Source of the DNA: a virus
Taxonomy: Duplodnaviria > Caudoviricetes
Virus record (IMG/VR): IMGVR_UViG_3300028591_000075
Coordinates: 1-64,000 of that record
Strand: one strand, 5' to 3'
Length of the DNA: 64,000 nucleotides
Part shown: positions 16,763-25,270 of the stretch, piece after piece
Position numbering within the stretch: position 1 is the first letter of the stretch
How the letters are laid out: each line of letters begins with the position of its first letter
Notes under the pieces: generated by a model
Database searches by the model: none
Seen by the model: only the letters and a program-made list of their open reading frames with translations
Told to the model about the DNA's origin: nothing
Position numbers and translations under genes: made by a program

Positions 16763-19579
16763 TTATTCCGTCGGGAACATCTCGAATTCCTTGTAGATGG
16801 TAAACGATGCCGGAGGAGAAGATGAACCGATGAAGCACGTAATGTACTTGGACTGGTCGCCATCATTCCTATATATGAAGGATGCGTGTTTGAGATCCAT
16901 ACTGTAGCTACCCGTCCACATACCACTACCATGCCACAATGCCGATGCCCCAAAGGTAGTTGGCTCTGCCGTAGGATCCTTCGTATCGGTCAGGTAGAAT
17001 CTAATCCACGACGTGGTACCCTGCGAGGCATCACCGCCCGGACTATTACCATATATGATACAATGCGCGGAACCTCTATGATGCGGGGGAACGCGAAGAA
17101 TGGATGTCCCCGTCGTATCCGTTGTACTCATTGTCGAGGTATAACTACAAAGGTACGAAGATACATACGACGACGGGATTATATCAGTGTTGATATACAT
17201 CGAGCCACCGGAACTCGTAGCCAAGTCATACTTACCAAACGTAGGAACCGCAAGAACCCCAAAATTTGTTTCCCATCTGGTGGATGCAACGGTGCCATCA
17301 TGACTAGCTGCAAGAATTTTACCTTTGTCACTGGGGTTAATCGCGGGTGCTAGATATCCCTCAGTAGATATGGATATCATCTTGTCACGGCCAACGAGCA
17401 TATTGCGCCATTTGCCATCACTAGTGATAGAATCAAACGTGTATCCACTGAAGTCAGCTTTCAATAGATGCCAATAACTCGATCCAGCCCCGGAACCATA
17501 CATTATAGTTGCCAGGTTATCAGACCCAATCGCATCGGCCATTGTATTATATTCAGCATCAGTTAAAGACGGTGCACCACTATATTTGATTACGGTATCA
17601 CGTGCTGAAATGTCATTCCACACCACCTTTCCGTTATTTACCACAAGCATTTTTCCCGTCGTACCAGAGGCAAATGCGGGTGCCAAATATCCAAGTTTAG
17701 TGGCAGTTGAAGACGATGGCCATGCTATTGCGGTGCCGCTTTCCTTATATATACCGACCGATGCACCCGACAATGTGTCACTGCATACCAGCCTCATCTG
17801 TATCCCGGCGGGCTTACTTGAATAAGTACCCTCGGTAATCTGGAAAGTGTTCGGCATAGTGATTGTCATCTTAGCCAGGCTAGTATCGCCAGATGCCGCC
17901 TCAGATTTCACCGTAATACCATTACTACCGATAAACTGAACACTCGTGATGAGCCCTTCGGAAAAGCCTGGATTGAATAACAGGTATGTGCTATTGTTTG
18001 TCGTAGTCTGGTTTCCGGTAATGTATGCCCCTGCACTGGACCCGACACGTATCTGCGGGCTGCAGAACCAGAAGCACCCGACCGAGTGGCTCCATGCAAG
18101 TGACCCGTTGCCGACGGCAGTGCGATCAGTTTGCATTTTCAAAGACAATTTACCAAAATCCGAACTACTTGTGCCGCTATCTACATATAAGCCCGTACCG
18201 GTATTAACGAAAATGTAGTTTCCACCATTACCTACATAGCTAGTAGCCAAGCCAGACGCATGCACGTAACTGGAATCGGTTGACGAGGTTATATAGATTG
18301 TCTTCAAGCCATGCGATGTGCTGTCCACATAGCATACGGCATTATCGCCTATGGTGGACACGTTTGTCCAATTACCATTCTTGTTGAGGAAGAGGTTCGC
18401 ATCACCGGATTCGGTCCCGAATGCCGGCCCAGTCTTGACAAAATTGTCATTGTCGGTAATCAGGAGAGCCTTCTTCGTGGTTGCGGCAACGGTCACCTTA
18501 CCGGTACTCGAAATGCTACCATGGTCATGCGTCTTGTTGGCGGTATTGTCAGTGCCAGTAACACCGGTAATGACACCGTCAGCCTCTGTCACAGTCACAC
18601 TGAAATTCGTGCCATTGTATGTCTTAGTTGCATCCAGAGCATTGATTGCCGCCTTCACGCCACCGGATGTAACCGGGTTCGACGAATTGGCAGTCGGAGT
18701 AGTATCCATGTTCGAGACAGTGTAGTCAATCTTGCCATCCGTCTGGGACAATGCGGATATGAACTTTCCGGCGGAAAGCTTGTTGCCATAGTCGAGCTGA
18801 CCGATTGCGTTCTGCACCCCCTTCTGCGTAACCGCCATAGTTTCGTCGGTACCATATCCACTGGTGAGGCGCGTGATACCATCAGCCGATGTTGTTGCAA
18901 GTAGTAACTCATGCGTCCGCATCCCGGTATTCACTATGTGGCCCTGATCATCGTATTCGGCCCACGGTATCTGCAACTCATTGCGGCCTTCGGTATCCTC
19001 GGTTTCGCCTATATACCCGGAACCAACATATTTATTATGCGTAATCGTTAGGGTATCTACATGGTCAATGTCTTCGATGGAGACACCAATCCAACTGTCA
19101 CCAACCACTTTCAAAGTATCCATCGGGCGGTCGGCTGTCACATAACTATCATCCACTGATATACGTCCAAACGCACTCTGGCTGGAAATCTGGAAAAAGC
19201 CACTTGCCTCGGTCCATCGATAGCCAATCCCGGCATCCGGATCAGTAATGTCCACGTAGGTGTATCCATCTTCTCCGGCAATCTCCTGAGTGTGTGCAGG
19301 GTCCTCGTAAAACTTGATTACACCGGATACAGAAACCGCGTATCCATCAATGACCTCGTCGACATATGATGGCAGATATTCGGCTGGAACAAGACCGTTC
19401 TTACCGAGTGGGGCAATACCTGTATATTCCTTTCCACCCACGATTACGGTTGGCCATCCAATGACCTCATCCAGACCAATGTTGTGCCTGGCCATCCACA
19501 TCTCTTCGCTAGTGTTGATTTCACCAGTGGACCGGTCCCTCTGGTCAACGTTGTAGAGAACCTTATTGATCTTGCTCAT
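16763..19579 (-). CDS. Probable tail fibre / receptor-binding structural protein
   Basis: Start MSKINKVLYNVDQ at 19579. Fibre-like motifs GLVPAEYLPSYVDEV, ATTSADGITRL, DTTPTANSSNPVTSGGV, HDHG; S/T/G-rich C-terminal half with lower GC. Confidence 0.65.
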   Translation of the reverse strand: MSKINKVLYNVDQRDRSTGEINTSEEMWMARHNIGLDEVIGWPTVIVGGKEYTGIAPLGKNGLVPAEYLPSYVDEVIDGYAVSVSGVIKFYEDPAHTQEIAGEDGYTYVDITDPDAGIGYRWTEASGFFQISSQSAFGRISVDDSYVTADRPMDTLKVVGDSWIGVSIEDIDHVDTLTITHNKYVGSGYIGETEDTEGRNELQIPWAEYDDQGHIVNTGMRTHELLLATTSADGITRLTSGYGTDETMAVTQKGVQNAIGQLDYGNKLSAGKFISALSQTDGKIDYTVSNMDTTPTANSSNPVTSGGVKAAINALDATKTYNGTNFSVTVTEADGVITGVTGTDNTANKTHDHGSISSTGKVTVAATTKKALLITDNDNFVKTGPAFGTESGDANLFLNKNGNWTNVSTIGDNAVCYVDSTSHGLKTIYITSSTDSSYVHASGLATSYVGNGGNYIFVNTGTGLYVDSGTSSSDFGKLSLKMQTDRTAVGNGSLAWSHSVGCFWFCSPQIRVGSSAGAYITGNQTTTNNSTYLLFNPGFSEGLITSVQFIGSNGITVKSEAASGDTSLAKMTITMPNTFQITEGTYSSKPAGIQMRLVCSDTLSGASVGIYKESGTAIAWPSSSTATKLGYLAPAFASGTTGKMLVVNNGKVVWNDISARDTVIKYSGAPSLTDAEYNTMADAIGSDNLATIMYGSGAGSSYWHLLKADFSGYTFDSITSDGKWRNMLVGRDKMISISTEGYLAPAINPSDKGKILAASHDGTVASTRWETNFGVLAVPTFGKYDLATSSGGSMYINTDIIPSSYVSSYLCSYTSTMSTTDTTGTSILRVPPHHRGSAHCIIYGNSPGGDASQGTTSWIRFYLTDTKDPTAEPTTFGASALWHGSGMWTGSYSMDLKHASFIYRNDGDQSKYITCFIGSSSPPASFTIYKEFEMFPTE

Positions 19580-20225
19580 AGGAAGAAACCTTTTCCTTTG
19601 CCGGGGATACCCACAGCTCCATTTCGTTATCCGACCCGTCAATCTTCAAGTGACCAACCTTCATGTAGCCGCTTTCCTGAACATTCTTCACCGTAGGGGC
19701 ATCGGTCGGATCTACCACGATGAAGCAGGGGGACGCATTCGTATTCAGTTGCAGGAAGAGTTCCTTTGCAACACCGGTGCCTCGGTAGTCTTCCTCGATG
19801 GAGAAGAATGACTGCTGCAGACGGCCTTCCAGGTTGTACCCGGTCTTCAATGAATAGAACCTGATGGGAACATACCCATGATAATCTTCGGCGGACGGGT
19901 CCACCACGTTGGTCACGGCGACCGGGGCCTCGTCACACGTAATGTAGATTACGAGGATGCTTCCCATCAGCTGGTCGATAGTTCTCGGGGTGGCCATCGG
20001 TTCGCGTCCCATAGCCTGTTGCGCGGCGATTACGTTCTTGGAATCATGCGCACGGTCAACCATGTCAGCCAGTTCGGCCAGTGTGGTCGGGTCAATCTCG
20101 CTGGGGTTTTTCGCGTATGCCTTGTAGTGCGAGGCATCGATTGTACCGGTAGGAGCTTCCATATTCATGGAAGCCATCTCGCACAGTGGAAGCATCATAT
20201 CGAGTGTTTCAAACATGTCCATCAT
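19563..20225 (-). CDS. GNAT-family acetyltransferase
   Basis: Motif A FSIEEDYRGTGVAKELF and a motif-B-like region ending ESGY; N-terminal MFETLD...MNMEA leader. Confidence 0.7.
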   Translation of the reverse strand: MMDMFETLDMMLPLCEMASMNMEAPTGTIDASHYKAYAKNPSEIDPTTLAELADMVDRAHDSKNVIAAQQAMGREPMATPRTIDQLMGSILVIYITCDEAPVAVTNVVDPSAEDYHGYVPIRFYSLKTGYNLEGRLQQSFFSIEEDYRGTGVAKELFLQLNTNASPCFIVVDPTDAPTVKNVQESGYMKVGHLKIDGSDNEMELWVSPAKEKVSSYEQDQ

Positions 20226-20812
20226 TAGTACACCCAGCTGTTAGTTTCTTCATCGTAGTGACTTTGTGCAGGTTCAATCTTCGCGGCCATATTGCGCTGA
20301 TGGATGCTTTCATCATCCTCCTCGGTGCAGCACGGAGGGGCACCGAATACCTTGTTCTGCTGGTTCACGGAACGCTCGAACATGCTTGCAAGGCCTTCGC
20401 CGGTGGAGCCATCATCCGGGTGAGATTCCTGCAAAGCCTTCTTGATTGCTATGGCTTCCTTCCATGCCTTTGTATCACGGAAGCTATTCGCCTTCTCGGC
20501 CTCGGTATGCATCTCATCGGAAACACGTGTAGCAAGCTGGCGCACAGTTTCTGCATTCACCCCATTGCCGTCGATACCGCGCATGTAGGACTGCATGTTG
20601 TCAAAGTTTGCCTGGACAGACGGGGCATTGCCGGCACACGCGGTAAGCATGCAGGCAGCCGCAAGGAGCAGCCCCTTCACCGTCTTACCTACACTCTCAT
20701 TAAGGACATATCCGGAATATCCTTCAATCAGTGCGCGACGCACCTCGGGAGTTTCGGACCCGATGCTTTCAAGAAACACGACGTAATCAAGGTGCTGCTG
20801 AACTCCGTTCAT
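20225..20812 (-). CDS. Leader-tagged protein with internal lipoprotein-type signal sequence
   Basis: Start preferred at ATG 20812 (GAGG RBS; alternative 20839). Leader aligns with 12383/12800, then KTVKGLLLAAACMLTAC. Confidence 0.7.
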   Translation of the reverse strand: MNGVQQHLDYVVFLESIGSETPEVRRALIEGYSGYVLNESVGKTVKGLLLAAACMLTACAGNAPSVQANFDNMQSYMRGIDGNGVNAETVRQLATRVSDEMHTEAEKANSFRDTKAWKEAIAIKKALQESHPDDGSTGEGLASMFERSVNQQNKVFGAPPCCTEEDDESIHQRNMAAKIEPAQSHYDEETNSWVY

Positions 20813-20844
20813 ACTGTCCTCAATCAAAAAATCTTTCATGGTAC

Positions 20845-20852
20845 AGTTTATA
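20845..20852 (-). promoter_or_regulatory. TATAAACT late box
   Basis: Upstream of the 20812-16423 gene string. Confidence 0.7.
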
Positions 20853-20871
20853 CTTTTCGGTAGGAATAAAT

Positions 20872-20902
20872 AAAAAATGAGAGCAGGTTTGCACCTGCTC
20901 CC
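20872..20902 (-). terminator. Terminator after the major capsid gene
   Basis: GAGCAGG...CCTGCTC stem followed by a T-tract on the minus strand. Confidence 0.7.
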
Positions 20903-20944
20903 ATCATTTCCTGTTCACCTCTTTCGAGGCAAGCCCGGTAGAAA

Positions 20945-22435
20945 CTACCAGTGCTTGTCTTCGAAGGTCATGCCACCAGGAGCATTCCAGAGTTCGCTGG
21001 AAGTGTCGTGGTAGGAGAGACCCGGTTCGAGGTTGTCACCGGTGAAGGAACCGTTGGATTCCCACGGGGCTTCGTTCAGGTCGATACCAGTAATCACGTT
21101 GTTCACGTTCTTGAACTGGATGATACGATAGAACTGGCCAGCGCCGAGGAGGTTAGCCACGATGGCGTAACGGCTCTTGACGATGAGACGCGGAGAACCA
21201 TCTTCCTGACCGGCGGTCTTCGTGAAGATGTACGGGATGTACGGCATGAAGATGATGCCGCTTTCACCCTGGCGAGGACCCTTGAAGCCAACGAGGGCGT
21301 AGGAGGCGTTCGCGTAGATGTCCTGGTACAGCTTGATCTGACCGTTGAGGAGAGAACCAGCATCAGCCACACCACCAGCAGGCTGCATGGTAGCATCAGT
21401 ACCGAGGTAGCCGTTCGGGATGTAGATACCGTTGTTCAGAGTAGCGATAGCAGCGCCCACGTCCGGAGAGACGATGGCGAAGTTACCGGAACCCATACGG
21501 GTCGTAAGAGCGATCTTACGAGACACGGCGATGATGGTGTTCACGATACCGGCAGCGATGGACTCAGCAGCCCAACGACCCTTGGCAGGACCGGTTTCAG
21601 TGTTGGAGAGGTCAACCTGGATGACCTTTTCACCACCGAGGCGTTCGTTCTGAGCAACCATGATCATGGCCATGAGGATTTCACGGTCAATGTTCTGCTG
21701 GATTTCGAACTGGAGGCCTTCGAGGAGCAGGGCTTCAACGTCCTGACCGTGAGCGGCAGCCATATCCTGCTGGAGTTCCAGAGTATAGTGGCTCTTGATG
21801 GCACGGGTACCGACGCGGATAGCACCGGAAATCACCTTGATGGAGGCCTTCTTGATGTTGTAGCTGAAGTCGCCGTAAACATCGTCACCATCGTTGGTCA
21901 AACCACCGAAGTTGTTGTAGAGCTGGCCGGGAACGCCGAAACCGTTCGGACCCCAAGCAACGCCAGTGCGTTCCTGAGTGCCTTCAGCATAGTTAGAGAG
22001 CATTTCACCAGCGCCAGTGCTGTACGGGTTGAAAGAAGTAGCGAAACCAGTGTGGTCAGCGACGAGGTCGTAACCGATTTCCTGCTTCTGGCCCTGACGG
22101 AAGGCGGTGGACTTCAACGGTTCGTTGTCGTACAGATAACGAAGAGCGAAGTAGATACCCTGCGGAGTAGTCGTCGGGATGACGGCCACAGTGTTCATAG
22201 CCAAGAGTTCAGGGAACTGACGGCGAATGAGCGGCAAGGCATACTGTTGATACTGAGCCACATCAGCGGTGATGTTGGCAGATTCGAACTTGGCACCACG
22301 GTTGACCAAGTTCTGGTTTTCAAGAAGCACTGCGATGGCAGAAGCTTCCCCACGGTTGCGGAGCGGACGACCCAAATTGGATTCGAGCACGGCCTTCCAC
22401 TTACGTGTATTGGACTTGTTCTGGATAACCTGCAT
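20945..22435 (-). CDS. Major capsid protein (T4 gp23-like)
   Basis: KWKAVLE, AVLLENQ, LIRRQFPEL, PQGIYFALRYLY, YTLELQQDM, HGQDVE, IDREI, GNFAIVSP, IFMPYIP, KSRYAIVAN. Start at ATG 22435 after AAAGGT. Confidence 0.93.
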   Translation of the reverse strand: MQVIQNKSNTRKWKAVLESNLGRPLRNRGEASAIAVLLENQNLVNRGAKFESANITADVAQYQQYALPLIRRQFPELLAMNTVAVIPTTTPQGIYFALRYLYDNEPLKSTAFRQGQKQEIGYDLVADHTGFATSFNPYSTGAGEMLSNYAEGTQERTGVAWGPNGFGVPGQLYNNFGGLTNDGDDVYGDFSYNIKKASIKVISGAIRVGTRAIKSHYTLELQQDMAAAHGQDVEALLLEGLQFEIQQNIDREILMAMIMVAQNERLGGEKVIQVDLSNTETGPAKGRWAAESIAAGIVNTIIAVSRKIALTTRMGSGNFAIVSPDVGAAIATLNNGIYIPNGYLGTDATMQPAGGVADAGSLLNGQIKLYQDIYANASYALVGFKGPRQGESGIIFMPYIPYIFTKTAGQEDGSPRLIVKSRYAIVANLLGAGQFYRIIQFKNVNNVITGIDLNEAPWESNGSFTGDNLEPGLSYHDTSSELWNAPGGMTFEDKHW

Positions 22436-22585
22436 TTTGTTACCTTTTGTTTGAGTTAGTGTTCCGTTCGTACTTTCGTGCCCCGAACGGAAGCACTCTC
22501 GAACGATTTCTGACATAATGTTTAGAGTTTTCGATTTTTTACATGAAAAACGGTGCAAAAACGTGCACTGAAACTGGCAAAAACG

Positions 22586-22613
22586 AAAAAATCCCGGTAA
22601 AACCGGGATTTTT
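22586..22613. terminator. Terminator between portal and capsid genes
   Basis: AAAAAATCCCGGT-aaa-ACCGGGATTTTT. Confidence 0.8.
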
Positions 22614-22627
22614 CGCTATTTTTGAGG

Positions 22628-24340
22628 CTACATCAGGCCACCGAGACCACCGGCGTCGCCACCGCCACCGCCACCGGCATCTCCACCGCCTTCACCTTCG
22701 CCACCCCCACCGGCTTCGCCATAGAGTTCATCGTTCTTTTCCTCGCGGAGCCAAGTACGGATCTGGTTATATTCCTCATCACTGACCCTAAGGCCCTTCA
22801 TGAGAGCGAACTTCCTAGGCAGCATGCCGGATGGATTATCCTTGGAGCGGCAGTGCTTGGCCATGAGGTCGAAGGTATTGAGCCTGGTGTTCCAGATTTC
22901 GCTTTCGATGAAGTTCTGGAACCCGTTGGACCTCTTGAACCTGACGGAGAAGTTGATTTCGCTCTTGATGGAGTTGTCCACATTCTTCATGGTATTCAGG
23001 ACCATGACGAACAGGCGGACCATGATGGCCTCCAAAGGTGTCTGGTAACGCTGAATAAGTGCGGCAAACGATACTTCGGACTGGGTGACTTCGCCAATCT
23101 TGCCCTGGGTGTAGTTCTGGTTGTCACCGGCAAGGGCCGTGATACGTCCCGGAGGCACCATGAGGGAGTTGACAAGGTTGCGCTTGAAGAATTTAAGGTC
23201 ATCGATGTTCTGCAGGTTGTTACCGCCCTGCATCCTTTCGATGGAGGAGCCGGTACGACCCTGGGAGAGACTAACGATGTAGTGTTCGGTCAAGCCGATT
23301 GCCTTACCGAAGTTCGTCACTTCACCGGTCTGGGAGTTGTAGTCGAGCTTTCGAGAGAAGACCTTGGCCTGGTCCTTCATGTACTTCTCGGCCTTATCCT
23401 TCGGCATGTTACCGGTATCAACCTTCATGACCAGCTTTTCCTGACCCCAGAGGATACGGTACATGACGACGGAGTCTTCGATGGTATTCAACTGATTGTA
23501 CGGCTTCATTGCCGGCTCGAGAATAGATCTGGGGTCGTTGATGCCGCCGGGGCCAGTCATGTCAAGCGAAGCATAGAGAATCTGGTTCGGGGAGAAGTCC
23601 TTGTAGTTCTTGCCACCGTTGCGCATGTTCATCGGGCCCGTCTGCATCTGGCGGTAGCCGATAATCAAGTCATCCTGGTAGATAACAATCATGTTCTCCT
23701 CACGGAGCATCTTCACACCGAGAATCTGGCTCTTGTTCTCGTCGAACTCAACTTCAAAGAAAATTCGGCCATGGATACACAGGTAGCGCATGTAGTTCCA
23801 GCCGTTGATACGGAAATTGAGGAGTTCGCGGAGAACCTTGCGACGGAACGTCGTGTGGAGGATGTCCTGGGTTGCATCACCAATCTTGGCATCCGGGTCG
23901 ATTTCCAGTGAGCAGGATTCGCCCATATCGTCCTTATAGGCAGCCTCGTTACAAATCTGGATGATGGATTCGTTCACTTCGGAACGACCAGCGACCGTCT
24001 CGTATTTCAGGGAACGCTCGACGTTCTTGCGCCAGTAGAGGTCACATTCCTTCTGGGCAACCGCGTCCTGGATTTTGTCCGGATCCAGCGGCTCGGTGGA
24101 AATGCCGAGCATAGGGGTGTAGGTGCTATATCCGTCCGGGGTGGCCCCGTTCGGGAACAGCATGTCGTTCATGCCCTGGGCGACCGAGTTCCTGGAAGCA
24201 TTGACCTTGCGCTCCGTATCTATACGGTTGAAAATTCGGTCAAAATACTGCCCTTTCGGGTTGCCGATGCCGTAATTGCGCTCGTAGTTGAGAAGTCTCG
24301 ACGCGAGGGTTTCCGGTGTCTTGTTCTTCTTGAAAAGCAT
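22628..24340 (-). CDS. Portal protein (T4 gp20-like)
   Basis: IHGRIFF, SILEPAMKPYNQLNTIEDSVVMYRI, VDTGNMPKDKAEKYM, NIDDLKFF, LMVPPGR; Gly-rich tail; start at ATG 24340. Confidence 0.92.
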   Translation of the reverse strand: MLFKKNKTPETLASRLLNYERNYGIGNPKGQYFDRIFNRIDTERKVNASRNSVAQGMNDMLFPNGATPDGYSTYTPMLGISTEPLDPDKIQDAVAQKECDLYWRKNVERSLKYETVAGRSEVNESIIQICNEAAYKDDMGESCSLEIDPDAKIGDATQDILHTTFRRKVLRELLNFRINGWNYMRYLCIHGRIFFEVEFDENKSQILGVKMLREENMIVIYQDDLIIGYRQMQTGPMNMRNGGKNYKDFSPNQILYASLDMTGPGGINDPRSILEPAMKPYNQLNTIEDSVVMYRILWGQEKLVMKVDTGNMPKDKAEKYMKDQAKVFSRKLDYNSQTGEVTNFGKAIGLTEHYIVSLSQGRTGSSIERMQGGNNLQNIDDLKFFKRNLVNSLMVPPGRITALAGDNQNYTQGKIGEVTQSEVSFAALIQRYQTPLEAIMVRLFVMVLNTMKNVDNSIKSEINFSVRFKRSNGFQNFIESEIWNTRLNTFDLMAKHCRSKDNPSGMLPRKFALMKGLRVSDEEYNQIRTWLREEKNDELYGEAGGGGEGEGGGDAGGGGGGDAGGLGGLM

Positions 24341-24344
24341 ATCG

Positions 24345-24545
24345 CTACCTTCCGTAAATGATGACCGTGCCCCCGTAGGTCGCGGCGAAGTTCGCACGCC
24401 GCACGGTATTGAAATAGTCCTTCAATTCTTCGTCGCAGATATTGCGAGCCAACATGCGCTTGCCATGCATGACGCATTCGACTATATAGGAGAAGTCCCC
24501 GAAATCCACTTCGAAAAGTGGCAATCCGTTGTACACCCTACGCAT
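24345..24545 (-). CDS. Small hypothetical protein
   Basis: 66-aa ORF from ATG 24545, overlapping the upstream stop. Confidence 0.55.
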   Translation of the reverse strand: MRRVYNGLPLFEVDFGDFSYIVECVMHGKRMLARNICDEELKDYFNTVRRANFAATYGGTVIIYGR

Positions 24546-25263
24546 TCGCGACAGTCCTCCATTGTTCAGCCTGGTTGTTCTCGCCAAAGTCCCTGGGTTT
24601 CAGGATATTGGACGAGACAATCTTCCTTGCGGCACGCACAAGCAGGACATACCCGTCATTGTTCAGGCCGCGACCGTCAGTAATCTTCGCATTCCTTGCG
24701 TATTCGAGGAATTCCTCCTGGGAACCCAATGCACGGATGCCGAAAGTCGATTCCACGGACGGCAAAACTTCATCGTCAATCTCGACAGTATTCGGGAAAC
24801 GGCTGAACCTCGCGGCATACAGGAGGAAGTTTGCCACCGAAAGTGCAAACGAGATGCGGTCGCCCAACGGGAGTTCACTTGTCTCGTTGGCCTCGCCTGC
24901 CTGACCGCGCAGACCAGCGGGGATATAAGCGGCTTCCTCAATGATAGCGAGCACCGGCTGATAGTTTTCCGCATACTTGCCGATATCGACATTACCGTTC
25001 ATGAGGGCATAGGCATCCACGTCGGCATAGGTCTTGCCCAGGTTGTTCACCCGGTCGCCGAGGATTGCCTTCAAATCGAATACCAGCTTGTCCAATCGAG
25101 TGTACGACCAGTCATCGGGCGCCTTCAATTCGTTGCCCTTCTCATCGACATGGCCAGTATGGTACGCATCGGTGTCCGTAATGGGCATCGACAGACGCTT
25201 CACCAAGTATCCATAGACGGTATCGTCAAATTCCTGCTTCTTTTTCGTGTACAACCTGGACAT
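24538..25263 (-). CDS. Hypothetical protein of a type seen in T4-like phages
   Basis: LVKRLSMPITDTDAYHTGHVDEKGNELK...YTRLDKLVFDLK resembles a motif I recall from T4-like phage proteins; function not assigned. Confidence 0.65.
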   Translation of the reverse strand: MSRLYTKKKQEFDDTVYGYLVKRLSMPITDTDAYHTGHVDEKGNELKAPDDWSYTRLDKLVFDLKAILGDRVNNLGKTYADVDAYALMNGNVDIGKYAENYQPVLAIIEEAAYIPAGLRGQAGEANETSELPLGDRISFALSVANFLLYAARFSRFPNTVEIDDEVLPSVESTFGIRALGSQEEFLEYARNAKITDGRGLNNDGYVLLVRAARKIVSSNILKPRDFGENNQAEQWRTVANA

Positions 25264-25270
25264 GTTCTAC

